From Terriglobia bacterium (GTDB taxonomy: Bacteria; Acidobacteriota; Terriglobia; 20CM-2-55-15), in NCBI GenBank assembly GCA_965198225.1, contig CBDAOY010000008.1, positions 224,001-288,000 on the forward strand: a DNA stretch of 64,000 nucleotides, written 5' to 3'. Position numbers and translations under genes: made by a program. How positions within the stretch are numbered: position 1 is the stretch's first letter; each line of letters starts with the position of its first letter. This document shows positions 1 to 9,328 of the stretch, piece after piece. The notes beneath the pieces were generated by a model. That model saw nothing but the letters and a program-made list of their open reading frames with translations. It ran no database searches and was not told the origin of the DNA.

Positions 1-534
1 CGGACGAGCGGACTCCCGCTTTCGCGGGTGATCGGTATGGCCGGAATTCTCGATTCTGCGCGCTTCCGGACGTTCATCGCCCTCGAACTGGGCGTGTCGG
101 TCCGCAACGTCGACGCACTGGTTCTCGGAGGCCATGGCGACACCATGGTTCCACTGCCCCGACTGTCGACGGTGGCCGGCGTGCCGATCACGGAGTTGCT
201 TTCCCCCGACCGGATCGACGCGCTGGTGGACCGAACACGGAACGGCGGCACGGAGATCGTGAAGCTGCTGAAGACCGGCGGCGCGTACTATGCACCTTCG
301 GCGGCCATCGTCGAAATGGTTCGGGCGATCGTGCTCGATGAGCAGAACATCCTGCCCTGCTCCGCGTATCTTCAAGGACAGTACGGGATCGAGGATGTTT
401 ACGTGGGCGTCCCGGTGGTTCTGGGCGCCGAAGGGATAAAGCGGATCGTCGAGCTCGACTTGCTGCCTGACGAATTGGAAGCACTGCACCGATCCGCGGA
501 CGCAGTCCGGTCGCTCAGAGACAAGTTGCCCTAG
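1..534 (+). CDS. mdh: Malate dehydrogenase (LDH-like), C-terminal part, truncated by window start
   Basis: Frame open from base 1; motifs [40 protein letters not shown] typical of LDH-like MDH. Confidence 0.9.
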   Translation, partial: RTSGLPLSRVIGMAGILDSARFRTFIALELGVSVRNVDALVLGGHGDTMVPLPRLSTVAGVPITELLSPDRIDALVDRTRNGGTEIVKLLKTGGAYYAPSAAIVEMVRAIVLDEQNILPCSAYLQGQYGIEDVYVGVPVVLGAEGIKRIVELDLLPDELEALHRSADAVRSLRDKLP

Positions 535-561
535 TCACATCCTTCAACGGAGGCCCTGAAA

Positions 562-1758
562 ATGAGGAATCAATGGAACCGTCGAGAGCTTCTGATCAAC
601 GGAGGGCGCGCTGCGGCGGCTTTCGCCGCTCTCGGGATACCCGAAACTGTCTGGGCGCTCCAGGATGGTGAAGAGTTGGTGGACTTTGCCGACTACACCG
701 ATCAGTTTCGCGTCGAGTTTCAGCAGAGAAATCCGCGCGTTCGCTGCTTCGACCTGCGTCGGCTGACGAGTTGGGCCACCCCCAACGACGAGTTTTACGC
801 TTTTCATCAGACCGAGACAATGCGCGTGGATGCCTCCCAGTGGCGTCTGCGCATCGGAGGATTCGTCGAGCGACCCATGGAGTTCACGCTCGAGGAACTC
901 AAGCAGAGAGCGGACAAGCGGGAGGAGGCCGTGACGCTCGAGTGTTCCGGCAACTCCCCGCGCCCGGCACGTATGAGCGGCTTGTTGAGCAATGCCGTCT
1001 GGTCGGGTATCGGCCTTCGATCGATCCTTACCGAATGCCGCGTGAAGCCGGAAGCCCGCGAGGTCGTGTTTCTCGGAATGGACATGGAGAAGGAGAACAA
1101 GTGGCAGGCCAGGGGCCAGGAGTACGAGATCCCGCATGGACGCAGTGTCTACATCCAGGACGCGCTGAACCCGGAGGCCATGCTTGCCTACGAAATGAAC
1201 GGGGAGCCGTTGCCGCCGGATCAGGGTTTTCCGCTCCGACTGATCCTGCCCGGCTGGTACGGGATGACGCAAATCAAGTGGTTGACGCGTATCGAAGTCC
1301 TCGATCGCCGCTACGAAGGCGAGCATATGGCACGAAACTACCTGAGCCTGCGATCCGTGGAAGCTCCGGAAGGAACGATCTGGCTCGACACTTCGATCTC
1401 CAGGAACAACATGAAGTCGCTCGTGGCCCGCGTGACGCGCCGCCCGAGCGGCAGCGGCTACGCTTACAGGATTTCCGGAGCCGCCTGGGGGGGCCGGACA
1501 CCGATCGAGAAGGTCGAGGTCCGTGTCGACGAAGGCCCGTGGCGCAGAGCCACGATCACCGATCGCCGTGGCAAGTATGCGTGGATGTTGTGGTCCGTCG
1601 ATTGGCCTGCCCCTTCACGTGGCGAGCACACCCTGGTGTCTAGGGCGACCGACGCGAACGGTCGCGTCCAGCCTCCGCTGGATGAGCTGAGGAAGGATAT
1701 TGCGAGCGGTCGTGAGAACTACTCCCAGTGGCCGCGACCCATCGTGATCAGGAACTGA
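562..1758 (+). CDS. Tat-exported sulfite oxidase-family molybdopterin oxidoreductase
   Basis: N-terminal NRRELL twin-arginine signal; TLECSGN Mo-ligand Cys; LAYEMNGEPLPPDQGFPLRLILPGWYG; C-terminal dimerisation domain (SRATDANGRVQP); GGAGG RBS. Confidence 0.88.
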   Translation: MRNQWNRRELLINGGRAAAAFAALGIPETVWALQDGEELVDFADYTDQFRVEFQQRNPRVRCFDLRRLTSWATPNDEFYAFHQTETMRVDASQWRLRIGGFVERPMEFTLEELKQRADKREEAVTLECSGNSPRPARMSGLLSNAVWSGIGLRSILTECRVKPEAREVVFLGMDMEKENKWQARGQEYEIPHGRSVYIQDALNPEAMLAYEMNGEPLPPDQGFPLRLILPGWYGMTQIKWLTRIEVLDRRYEGEHMARNYLSLRSVEAPEGTIWLDTSISRNNMKSLVARVTRRPSGSGYAYRISGAAWGGRTPIEKVEVRVDEGPWRRATITDRRGKYAWMLWSVDWPAPSRGEHTLVSRATDANGRVQPPLDELRKDIASGRENYSQWPRPIVIRN

Positions 1759-1861
1759 GCTTTCTTCTTGTCAACCGGCCTTTCCCTCGCCGTGGCCTGG
1801 AACGGGTATGTCATCGTCTGGGCGGATAAGGCCTAACTAAAGTTATAGGAAATAGAGCGTC

Positions 1862-1889
1862 CATCGATATATGTAAATATATATCGATG
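1862..1889. promoter_or_regulatory. Palindromic candidate operator upstream of TonB receptor
   Basis: Perfect 11-bp inverted repeat CATCGATATAT-N6-ATATATCGATG in an AT-rich intergenic patch. Confidence 0.55.
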
Positions 1890-2045
1890 TAGGAGTTACT
1901 GTGCTGCGAGCCCTCTGCTAGTATACGCTGACCGAAAGTTGTGAAAGTCCAACGATTAATAAATCGGGTTCATTGCGAGAGGTGCGGACCGCTTGTCGTG
2001 CGAGTTCCGTCAGGACGCGGTGAATCCTGCACTTGAGGAGGGATC

Positions 2046-5000
2046 ATGGAGAGGTCTAGGCTGCAGCTCGTCCGGGCATCGCTTTGGGCGATGTCTCTGC
2101 TGATCTGCATCAGCATTACGTCGTTTGGCCAGGTGAGCGGAACGATTTCCGGCACCGTGACGGACGTCACCGGAGCCGTTTTACCCGGGGTTGAAGTGAC
2201 GGCGACCAACGCCGGCACGGGTCTCGCCCGTACGGTCATCACCAACGAGAACGGGGTCTACGTCATCCCGGTGCTCCCCGTTGGGGGGTACCGCGTAGCG
2301 GCGGGCCTGCCAGGGTTCCAGACCGGGGTCCGGGAAGGGATCGAGCTGAACACGGATGACCGCATTGCGGTGAACTTCGCGCTCGAAGTCGGCGCGATCA
2401 CCTCGGAGATCCTGGTGACCGAAGCGGCGCCGCTGATCCAGTCGGAGACTTCCGAGATCGGCGCCGTGATCGAAAACAAGCGGATCGTAGAGCTGCCGCT
2501 CAACGGCCGTGAGTTCCAGCAACTGGCACTGCTGGTTCCGGGCACCTTCACGCCGCCTGCCGGATCCTCGAACGGCTTCCGCGGAGGGATCTCGATTGCC
2601 GGATCCCGGGAGAGGGACACCGGTTTCTTCATCGACGGGATCAACATGGTGGATACGATCACCAGTTCGGTGACGTTCCGTCCGTCCGTCGACATGATCC
2701 AGGAATTCAAAGTACACACGAGCCGGTATTCAGCCGAGGTCGGGCGCAATGCGGGCGGTCACGTGACCGTTACGACGAAGTCCGGCACCAACCAGTTACA
2801 CGGTGCTCTCTTCGAGTTCGTCCGCAATCACATCTTCGACGCCAAGAACTACTTCGACCCGCACGATGAACCGATTCCCCCATACAAGCGGAACCAGTTT
2901 GGCGCGACCGTCAGTGGGCCCATCATTCAGGACAAGACATTCTTCCTGTTCAACTTCGAGTCGCTCCGGCTGAGGCAGGCGCTGACGAAGACCGCAACGG
3001 TACCGAGTACGGCCATGAGGCGTGGGGATTTCTCCGCGCTGAGTACACCGATCATCGACCCATTCACCGGTTTGCAGTTTCCCGGCAACATCATCCCTGC
3101 GGATCGAATTTCCTCGATCGGTCAAGAGACCGCCAACTGGTATCCGGACCCGAATCTTTCTGGAAGCTCACGGAACTTCGTGTCGGCGCCGACCGATCGG
3201 AGGGATATCGATCAGTTCACGGTCCGAATCGATCATCGCGTTTCCGAGAGCAACAACTTGTACGGTCGATTTTCCTGGAGCGACGACGTGGAGCTGGATC
3301 CGTTCGATGCCTTCAACGGCATCACGAATCTGCCCCAGTTCGGGCGTTTGGACGATCAGGGCGCCTGGAACCTTTCAATCGTGGACAACCATGTCTTCAA
3401 TCCGAACGTGGTCGGAGAATTCCGCCTCGGATACAACCGTTTCCGCCAATTCCGGTCGGTATTCCCGGAGGAACAGCGAAACCAGACGCTGGAGCTGGGC
3501 ATCCCCGGAACCACGACGAATCCGGTCAATTTTGGTTTCCCGACCTTCAGCGTGACGGGGTTCGATACCCTCGGCAAGAGCGGCCTTCCGAGCGATCGAA
3601 GTGACAACCACTACCAGGCAATCGGTAACCTGACGTGGACGCGTGGCAATCACACGATCAAGTTCGGAACCGACGTATCCTGGCAACAGAGTGACCGGAT
3701 CAACAACAGCAACAGTCGCGGCATCTTCCGGTATGACGGGCGGTACACCGGGAACTCGATGGCCGACCTGCTGATGGGATTCCCCCGTCAGACTTCGAGA
3801 AGAATCGGGGAGAGCAAGGCCTATCCATCCACCTGGGTTTTCGGCCACTATCTGCAGGATGACTGGAAGATCACGCCCAATCTCACCCTGAATATCGGCG
3901 TCCGCTACGATTGGCAGACGCACCTCGTCGCCGGCAACAACCGGTTCAGCCGTTACAATCCGGCCACCGGCAACATCGAGATCGCCGGGACCGCGAGCGA
4001 TCTCCGGGATATTTCGCGGCCCGATAACCCGCTTTCCACGAACTTCAGCCCGGCAATTCAGGCTCTGGCCCAGACCGTAACCTTTGCCGATCTCGGCAGG
4101 CGGCACATGACCACGCACGACCGCAACGACTTTGCGCCCCGGTTCGGTCTGGCGTACAGCATGTTCGACGACAGTGTGGTGCTCCGTGCCGGTTACGGCG
4201 TCTACTTCAACGAGTACGAGTTGGGGGCCTGGAGCCGGATCGGCAACGACACGTATCCTTTCAAGGTCGACCAGTCCTTCAACGGTGCACCCAGGGGTTC
4301 CGCTCCGACTATCATGATCGCCGATCCCTTCCCGGACTCCCTGTCACGGGCCACGATCTCCCCGAAGAGCGCCCAGGACCATCTTCCAACGATGTATGTC
4401 CAACAGTACAACTTCGGACTGCAGATCCAGCCCGTGTCGGACCTCATGATCGATGTCGGCTACGTCGGCAGCAAGAGCACTCACTTGCCGGAGGTCCGCA
4501 ATCTGAACCAGGCCCGTCCCTGTGACACCAGGTTGGCGAGCTGCGGCTCGATCGCCTCACGGCGACCCTTCCAGGGCCTCGGCAACATTAATCATTACGA
4601 AGGCACCGGCCTCGCGAATTTCAATTCGCTCCAGATGCGGGTCGAAAAACGCTACGCGCAGGGCCTGACGTTGATGGGTGCCTATACCTGGTCCAAGTCC
4701 ATCGACCTCAGCTCGGCCGGCGCTTCGGCCGGTCGGATCAGCATTCAGGATCACTACAACATCCGCGCGGGTATGCGTGGCCCGTCGGGCTTTGACGCGC
4801 GTCAACGCCTGGTCCTCAGCTACGTAATTGAGTTACCGTTCGGGTCGGGTCAACGCTTCCTGTCCAACGCCAGTGGGATTGGCAACTGGTTCTTGAGCGG
4901 CTGGGAGTTATCCGGCATCAACACATTCCAATCCGGCCGCCCCTTCACGGTCCGGCTACCTTCTGACAACAGCGGTACCGGCGCGCGAAGGACGGATCGC

Positions 5001-5336
5001 CCCAATCAGATCGCCGATGGGAATCTGTCGTCCGGCCGGACGATCGATCGATGGTTCAACCTGGACGCCTATGTCATGCCGCCACGCGGAACTTTCGGGA
5101 ACGCCGGCCGGAACAACGTTGTTGGACCGGGCCTGAACAACACCGATTTCTCGGTCATCAAGAACAGCCGGTTTGGTGAGGATATGAACGTCCAGTTCCG
5201 TGCGGAGTTCTTCAACGCCTTTAACCACCCGAACTTCGATTTTCCGAACCGTGACTTCGGCACCCGTAACTTCGGTAAGATCTTTACGGCTCAGTTCTCG
5301 CGCCAGATTCAGTTCGGGTTGAAGTTCATCTTTTAG
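2046..5336 (+). CDS. TonB-dependent receptor, Oar-like, with N-terminal carboxypeptidase-regulatory-like domain
   Basis: Signal peptide, GTISGTVTDVTGAVLPGVEV, LPLNGR, TKSGTNQLHG, NDFAPRFG, C-terminal RQIQFGLKFIF. Confidence 0.93.
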   Translation: MERSRLQLVRASLWAMSLLICISITSFGQVSGTISGTVTDVTGAVLPGVEVTATNAGTGLARTVITNENGVYVIPVLPVGGYRVAAGLPGFQTGVREGIELNTDDRIAVNFALEVGAITSEILVTEAAPLIQSETSEIGAVIENKRIVELPLNGREFQQLALLVPGTFTPPAGSSNGFRGGISIAGSRERDTGFFIDGINMVDTITSSVTFRPSVDMIQEFKVHTSRYSAEVGRNAGGHVTVTTKSGTNQLHGALFEFVRNHIFDAKNYFDPHDEPIPPYKRNQFGATVSGPIIQDKTFFLFNFESLRLRQALTKTATVPSTAMRRGDFSALSTPIIDPFTGLQFPGNIIPADRISSIGQETANWYPDPNLSGSSRNFVSAPTDRRDIDQFTVRIDHRVSESNNLYGRFSWSDDVELDPFDAFNGITNLPQFGRLDDQGAWNLSIVDNHVFNPNVVGEFRLGYNRFRQFRSVFPEEQRNQTLELGIPGTTTNPVNFGFPTFSVTGFDTLGKSGLPSDRSDNHYQAIGNLTWTRGNHTIKFGTDVSWQQSDRINNSNSRGIFRYDGRYTGNSMADLLMGFPRQTSRRIGESKAYPSTWVFGHYLQDDWKITPNLTLNIGVRYDWQTHLVAGNNRFSRYNPATGNIEIAGTASDLRDISRPDNPLSTNFSPAIQALAQTVTFADLGRRHMTTHDRNDFAPRFGLAYSMFDDSVVLRAGYGVYFNEYELGAWSRIGNDTYPFKVDQSFNGAPRGSAPTIMIADPFPDSLSRATISPKSAQDHLPTMYVQQYNFGLQIQPVSDLMIDVGYVGSKSTHLPEVRNLNQARPCDTRLASCGSIASRRPFQGLGNINHYEGTGLANFNSLQMRVEKRYAQGLTLMGAYTWSKSIDLSSAGASAGRISIQDHYNIRAGMRGPSGFDARQRLVLSYVIELPFGSGQRFLSNASGIGNWFLSGWELSGINTFQSGRPFTVRLPSDNSGTGARRTDRPNQIADGNLSSGRTIDRWFNLDAYVMPPRGTFGNAGRNNVVGPGLNNTDFSVIKNSRFGEDMNVQFRAEFFNAFNHPNFDFPNRDFGTRNFGKIFTAQFSRQIQFGLKFIF

Positions 5337-5345
5337 CCCGACAGG

Positions 5346-5428
5346 CATCGGACGACGGGTGCCCTACCCGTCGTCCGATGGTTGCAAGAATGTAGAATCG
5401 GGGCGGCTTCACCAGCCGCCCCTTTTTT
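5346..5428 (+). terminator. 15-bp hairpin followed by intrinsic terminator
   Basis: CATCGGACGACGGGT/ACCCGTCGTCCGATG (5346-5380), then GGGGCGGCT-N5-AGCCGCCCC-TTTTTT (5400-5428). Confidence 0.8.
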
Positions 5429-5490
5429 CTTACCGATCTGAAATCTCGAATCTCGATCCTCCAATTTCGATTGCGGAATTCCCGTCGGAT

Positions 5491-6429
5491 GTGCGCTCAT
5501 AGAGCGCCCCTACACCAGAGCGGGAAGAGTCGCTGGGCCCGTGTAGGTGCGGTCTATGACCGCACATTGTTCGGGTTGGAGGGATGTGCGCTCGTAGAGC
5601 GCCCCTAACAGCAGGAGCGTGTCACCGGGCCCGTGTAGGTGCGGTCTATGACCGCACGTTGTTCGGGTTCGAGGAATGTGCGCTCATAGAGCGCCCCTAC
5701 ACCAGGAGCGTGTCACCGGGCCCGTGTAGGTGCGGTCTATGACCGCACGTTGTTCGGGTTCGAGGGATGTGCGCTCATAGAGCGCCCCTACACCGGAGCG
5801 GTGGGACTCGCTGCGCCCGTGTAGGTGCGGTCTATGACCGCACATTGTTCGGGTTTGGGGATGTGCGCTCATAGAGCGCCCCTACACCGGAGCGGTGGGA
5901 CTCGCTGCGCCCGTGTAGGTGCGGTCTATGACCGCACATTGTTCGGGTTTGGGGAATGTGCGCTCATAGAGCGCCCCTACAGCAGGAGCGTGTCACCGGG
6001 CCCGTGTCGGTGCGGTCTATGACCGCACATTGTTCGGGTTGGAGGGATGTGCGCTCATAGAGCGCCCCTACAGCAGGAGCGTGTCACCGGGCCCGTGTCG
6101 GCGCGGCCTGTGACCACACATTGCTCCGGTTCGAGGGATGTGCGCTCAGCGCCCCTAGAGCGCCCCTACATTGCTCCGGTTCGAGGATGTACACCAGGAC
6201 TCGCGGTGTAGGAGTCGCTGGGCCCGTGTAGGTGCGGTCTATGACCGCACATTGTTCGAGTTGGAGGGATGTGCGCTCATAGAGCGCCCCTACACCAGGA
6301 GCGTGTCACCGGAGGTGCGGTCTGTGACCGCACGTTGTTCGGGTTCGAGGGATGTGCGCTCATAGAGCGCCCCTACAGCGGGAGCGGTAGGAGTCGCTGG
6401 GCCCGTGTCGGTGCGGTCTGTGACCGCAC
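5491..6429. repeat. Tandem array (about 10 units, mostly 91-95 bp) of alternating inverted GTAG-type REP palindromes (BIME/REPIN-like)
   Basis: GTAGGTGCGGTCTATGACCGCAC alternates with inverted GTGCGCTCATAGAGCGCCCCTAC; linkers recur; lies between convergent genes. Confidence 0.9.
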
Positions 6430-6503
6430 AGTGCCGCAGTTTGGTAGGAACGGTGAGAAGGTGGAAGCCTGGATTTCTTATGAAGAAATCCAGGCCCAGG
6501 GCG

Positions 6504-7472
6504 TCAATTCAAGGCAAAGCAGTAGAACAGGCCGTCGCCGCCAGAGCCGCGAAGGTCTTCCTGGCTGCAGCCTCTGGAGGGGTGGGCCGAATTCCACGAG
6601 CTTCCGCTGTCGCCCCCACCCTGGCGGTCGTGATGGCCGACCATGGCGTTGCCTTCGCCGTTGCTCGTCCAGTTGTCGCAGGTCATGCCGACCGCCGCCG
6701 TTCCGTCCGGCAGGGAACCGGTCAGGATGTCGTGCCGGTTGGGATCATCTCCCCGGCCGCTGATCATCTCGCCCCGTTCGTTGATCGCCATCTCCTTGCT
6801 CAGAAAGTTCCCGGCGTGCAGGCCCACGGCGCCGCGGGCGATCATGCTCCCATTGGCGTTGTGCCACGGTCCGCTGCCGATCCGGTCGCCGGCGTTGATC
6901 GCCGGCTCGTCTCCGAAGCTCGTGCTGAGGTAGGCGCGCCAGCTCTTCTCGCCTGCCCCCACCTCTGCAGCCAACGACTGGCAGTGACGGTCGGCTCCAG
7001 CCAGGCCGCCCAGACGGCCGCCGCCACCGGGTCCCTCGCTCGTCACGAAAAAGCTGAGAGTGTTACTCGGCTCGGGTACTTCCTCCTCTTCGCCGGTATC
7101 GATCGCCAGAGCTACCAGGTCGATGAGAAACTTCTCCCCCTCACGCTCGAGAACCGCATATTGGCTTTCAGGATCCGAGAAGTAGAAAACCTTCCCGTCG
7201 GCAAGCTCGGCTGTTTCAACTTCGAAACGGTCCGGAAAGTTCGCCCGGATCATGGGCGTCATGACGTGGTCCGCTGCTTCGACGGCGGAGCCGAATTCGT
7301 TTCGCTGGCCCCCACCGTTGGGATCGACATGACAGGTGACACATCCGTCTACGTCGGCACGCCGGAACGGATCCGCCCGGAAGACCTCGAGATATGCCGG
7401 ATGGGAGATGACAGGTTCAACCAGCCAGATGAGAAGAGTCAGCGACACAAAAACCCCGGCAATTCGAATCAT
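6504..7472 (-). CDS. Exported protein: N-terminal CxxCH heme motif fused to endostatin/lectin-like domain
   Basis: Signal peptide; CVTCH; GGLAGADRHCQSLA..WRAYLS..DRIGSGPW..HDILTGS..SWNSAHPSRGC..GLFYCFA resembles bacterial endostatin-like proteins. Confidence 0.7.
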   Translation of the reverse strand: MIRIAGVFVSLTLLIWLVEPVISHPAYLEVFRADPFRRADVDGCVTCHVDPNGGGQRNEFGSAVEAADHVMTPMIRANFPDRFEVETAELADGKVFYFSDPESQYAVLEREGEKFLIDLVALAIDTGEEEEVPEPSNTLSFFVTSEGPGGGGRLGGLAGADRHCQSLAAEVGAGEKSWRAYLSTSFGDEPAINAGDRIGSGPWHNANGSMIARGAVGLHAGNFLSKEMAINERGEMISGRGDDPNRHDILTGSLPDGTAAVGMTCDNWTSNGEGNAMVGHHDRQGGGDSGSSWNSAHPSRGCSQEDLRGSGGDGLFYCFALN

Positions 7473-7592
7473 ACTACCTCCTCGACATTCCTTACACGCG
7501 ACATGTTCGACCGTTTGGGAGCACCCAGTCTAAGGTAAACGGGAGGGCACAGCAACCCCGGGACATCAAACCCGTGGATTTCATTCGGCCTC

Positions 7593-7623
7593 AAAAAAAC
7601 AGCCCCCGATGAGCGGGGGCTGT
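7593..7623 (-). terminator. Intrinsic terminator of cassette 1
   Basis: A7 followed by CAGCCCCCG-N5-CGGGGGCTG on + strand, just downstream of the ankyrin gene. Confidence 0.8.
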
Positions 7624-7660
7624 GGCTGTTCGCCAGTTGTAGTTCTTCTATGTAATGCCT

Positions 7661-9295
7661 CTATCGAGGGTTCGGTTGCTTCTTGTCTTCTGGCACCTCG
7701 ATTACTCGCTTGATGGTACCGAGTATTTCCTCGTCGTCGACCTGGATGAGCTCCGGTGCACCGAACTCCCTCAGGAGGGCAACGGTCTCGGGGTGTTTCA
7801 GCGGGACGCTGCTCCGAAGGTACGGGCCATTCGCCATGTCCGTCACCGACCAACCAAGGTGGGTTCGGACATCCAACCGGGCACCCTTCTCGACGAGGTA
7901 GGAGACCAGCTCATTGTCACCTCTCCAGGCTGCGCCCATCAAAGCGGTGTAGCCGGCGGTGGTGTGCTCAGCATTCACGTCGACTCCGACCTCCTCGACC
8001 AGATACCGGGCGGTAGTGAGGAACGCGTCCGGCGCGTTGACGCTGAAGTTGCCCGTCCAGCCGACGCCGGCCGCGGCCATCAGCGGCGTCGTATTCTCGT
8101 CGGACGGAATCTGTCCGTCAGCGCCATAAGCCACCAGCAGTTTGACCGCCTCGAGGTCGGTTGACTGCGCGGCTCGCCAGAGCGGCGTCGTTCCGGCCCA
8201 TTCGACCCACCGTTGGGCGTGATGGGGCGGGTTGTACCAGGGAGTCTTGGCGATCTTGGCATTCGGGTCGGCGCCTCGGTCCAACAGCATCTTCATCAAC
8301 TCCAGATGGGTCACCTTCTGCTGGACGATGCCCGAATCGGTCGTAGACGCCGTTGGCGTCCAGGCCACCGGAGCCCATCGGCTCGCCACCACGGCGTATA
8401 GCGGTGTCAAACCCTCGATCTCGGTCGCGTTGGGATCTGCGCCGTGATCGAGTAGGTACTTTGCGATGTCGTACCGACCGTTGATCGTCGCAACGATCAG
8501 CGGCGTCGTGCGGTCCACCGGATTGATCCGATCGACGTCAGCTCCAACCTCGACCAGGGCGCGCACGGTGTCGATCAAGCCCCCGCGGGCGGCGTAATGT
8601 AAGGCAGTCATGCCACCCATACCGGTAACCCTGCCTTCACCCCGGGGTCTTGTTCGCGTGATGCCGGTCCGGGACGGGGCCGGTATCGGGTTGCCCTCCT
8701 CGTCAACGAGGTCGTTGCCGACCGGGACCATCTTGCTGATTGCGTCCAGGTCTGCGCCGCGCTTCGCCAGGAGCCGGACTACGGGTGCACGGTCCAGACC
8801 GGCCGCAAACATCAGCGCTGTCTGTTCGCGAGCCCTTTCCCGGACGTCCAGGCTCGCCCCGTTGTCGAGCAGGTGAGTCACCGCGTCCACGCTGCCCGAG
8901 GCGGCCGCCTTCATGAGGACGGTCGTTCCCAGTTCGTTCGTGGCGTTGGCATCGGCCCCGGCGTCGACCAGCATCTCGATCATGGACGCGCTCCCGTTCG
9001 TTGCCGCCAGAAAGAGCGGCACGATCGAGCCAAGGCGGGTTCCGCGCTCGACATCCGCGCCGGCGTCGAGCAGCAAGCGTGCCATCTCGAGGTTATCTTT
9101 GTGGGCGGCCCAATGCAGCGCCGTCATACCGTCGCCCTGGTCTACATTGACGTCGGCGCCCCCTTCGAGCTGGGACCGCACCGCATCGATGTCGCCCCGC
9201 ATGGCCGCGTCCGCAAGATCGGTGGCGGGGGCTGCTGCCATCACCAGCGACATACAGACCACGCAAAGCCCGACGAGTAAACTTCTTGCTAACAT
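7661..9295 (-). CDS. Secreted ankyrin-repeat protein (cassette 1)
   Basis: Signal peptide; repeated GMTALHWAA / TPL..AA / GADVN ankyrin motifs. Confidence 0.92.
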   Translation of the reverse strand: MLARSLLVGLCVVCMSLVMAAAPATDLADAAMRGDIDAVRSQLEGGADVNVDQGDGMTALHWAAHKDNLEMARLLLDAGADVERGTRLGSIVPLFLAATNGSASMIEMLVDAGADANATNELGTTVLMKAAASGSVDAVTHLLDNGASLDVRERAREQTALMFAAGLDRAPVVRLLAKRGADLDAISKMVPVGNDLVDEEGNPIPAPSRTGITRTRPRGEGRVTGMGGMTALHYAARGGLIDTVRALVEVGADVDRINPVDRTTPLIVATINGRYDIAKYLLDHGADPNATEIEGLTPLYAVVASRWAPVAWTPTASTTDSGIVQQKVTHLELMKMLLDRGADPNAKIAKTPWYNPPHHAQRWVEWAGTTPLWRAAQSTDLEAVKLLVAYGADGQIPSDENTTPLMAAAGVGWTGNFSVNAPDAFLTTARYLVEEVGVDVNAEHTTAGYTALMGAAWRGDNELVSYLVEKGARLDVRTHLGWSVTDMANGPYLRSSVPLKHPETVALLREFGAPELIQVDDEEILGTIKRVIEVPEDKKQPNPR

Positions 9296-9328
9296 GTATC
9301 TTCCCCTTGTGTTTGGACTTTCCTGGCG

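Noticed and set aside
1900-2045. Riboswitch upstream of the TonB receptor
   Set aside because: No cobalamin, TPP or other consensus recognisable by eye; an Rfam scan would be needed
5491-6429. CRISPR array
   Set aside because: Intervening sequences recur rather than being unique spacers, repeats alternate in orientation, and no cas gene is present; fits REP/BIME
5684-6763. Small ORFs with repeated VGAVYDRT/CALIERPY peptides
   Set aside because: Translations of the REP array; no RBS or coding evidence
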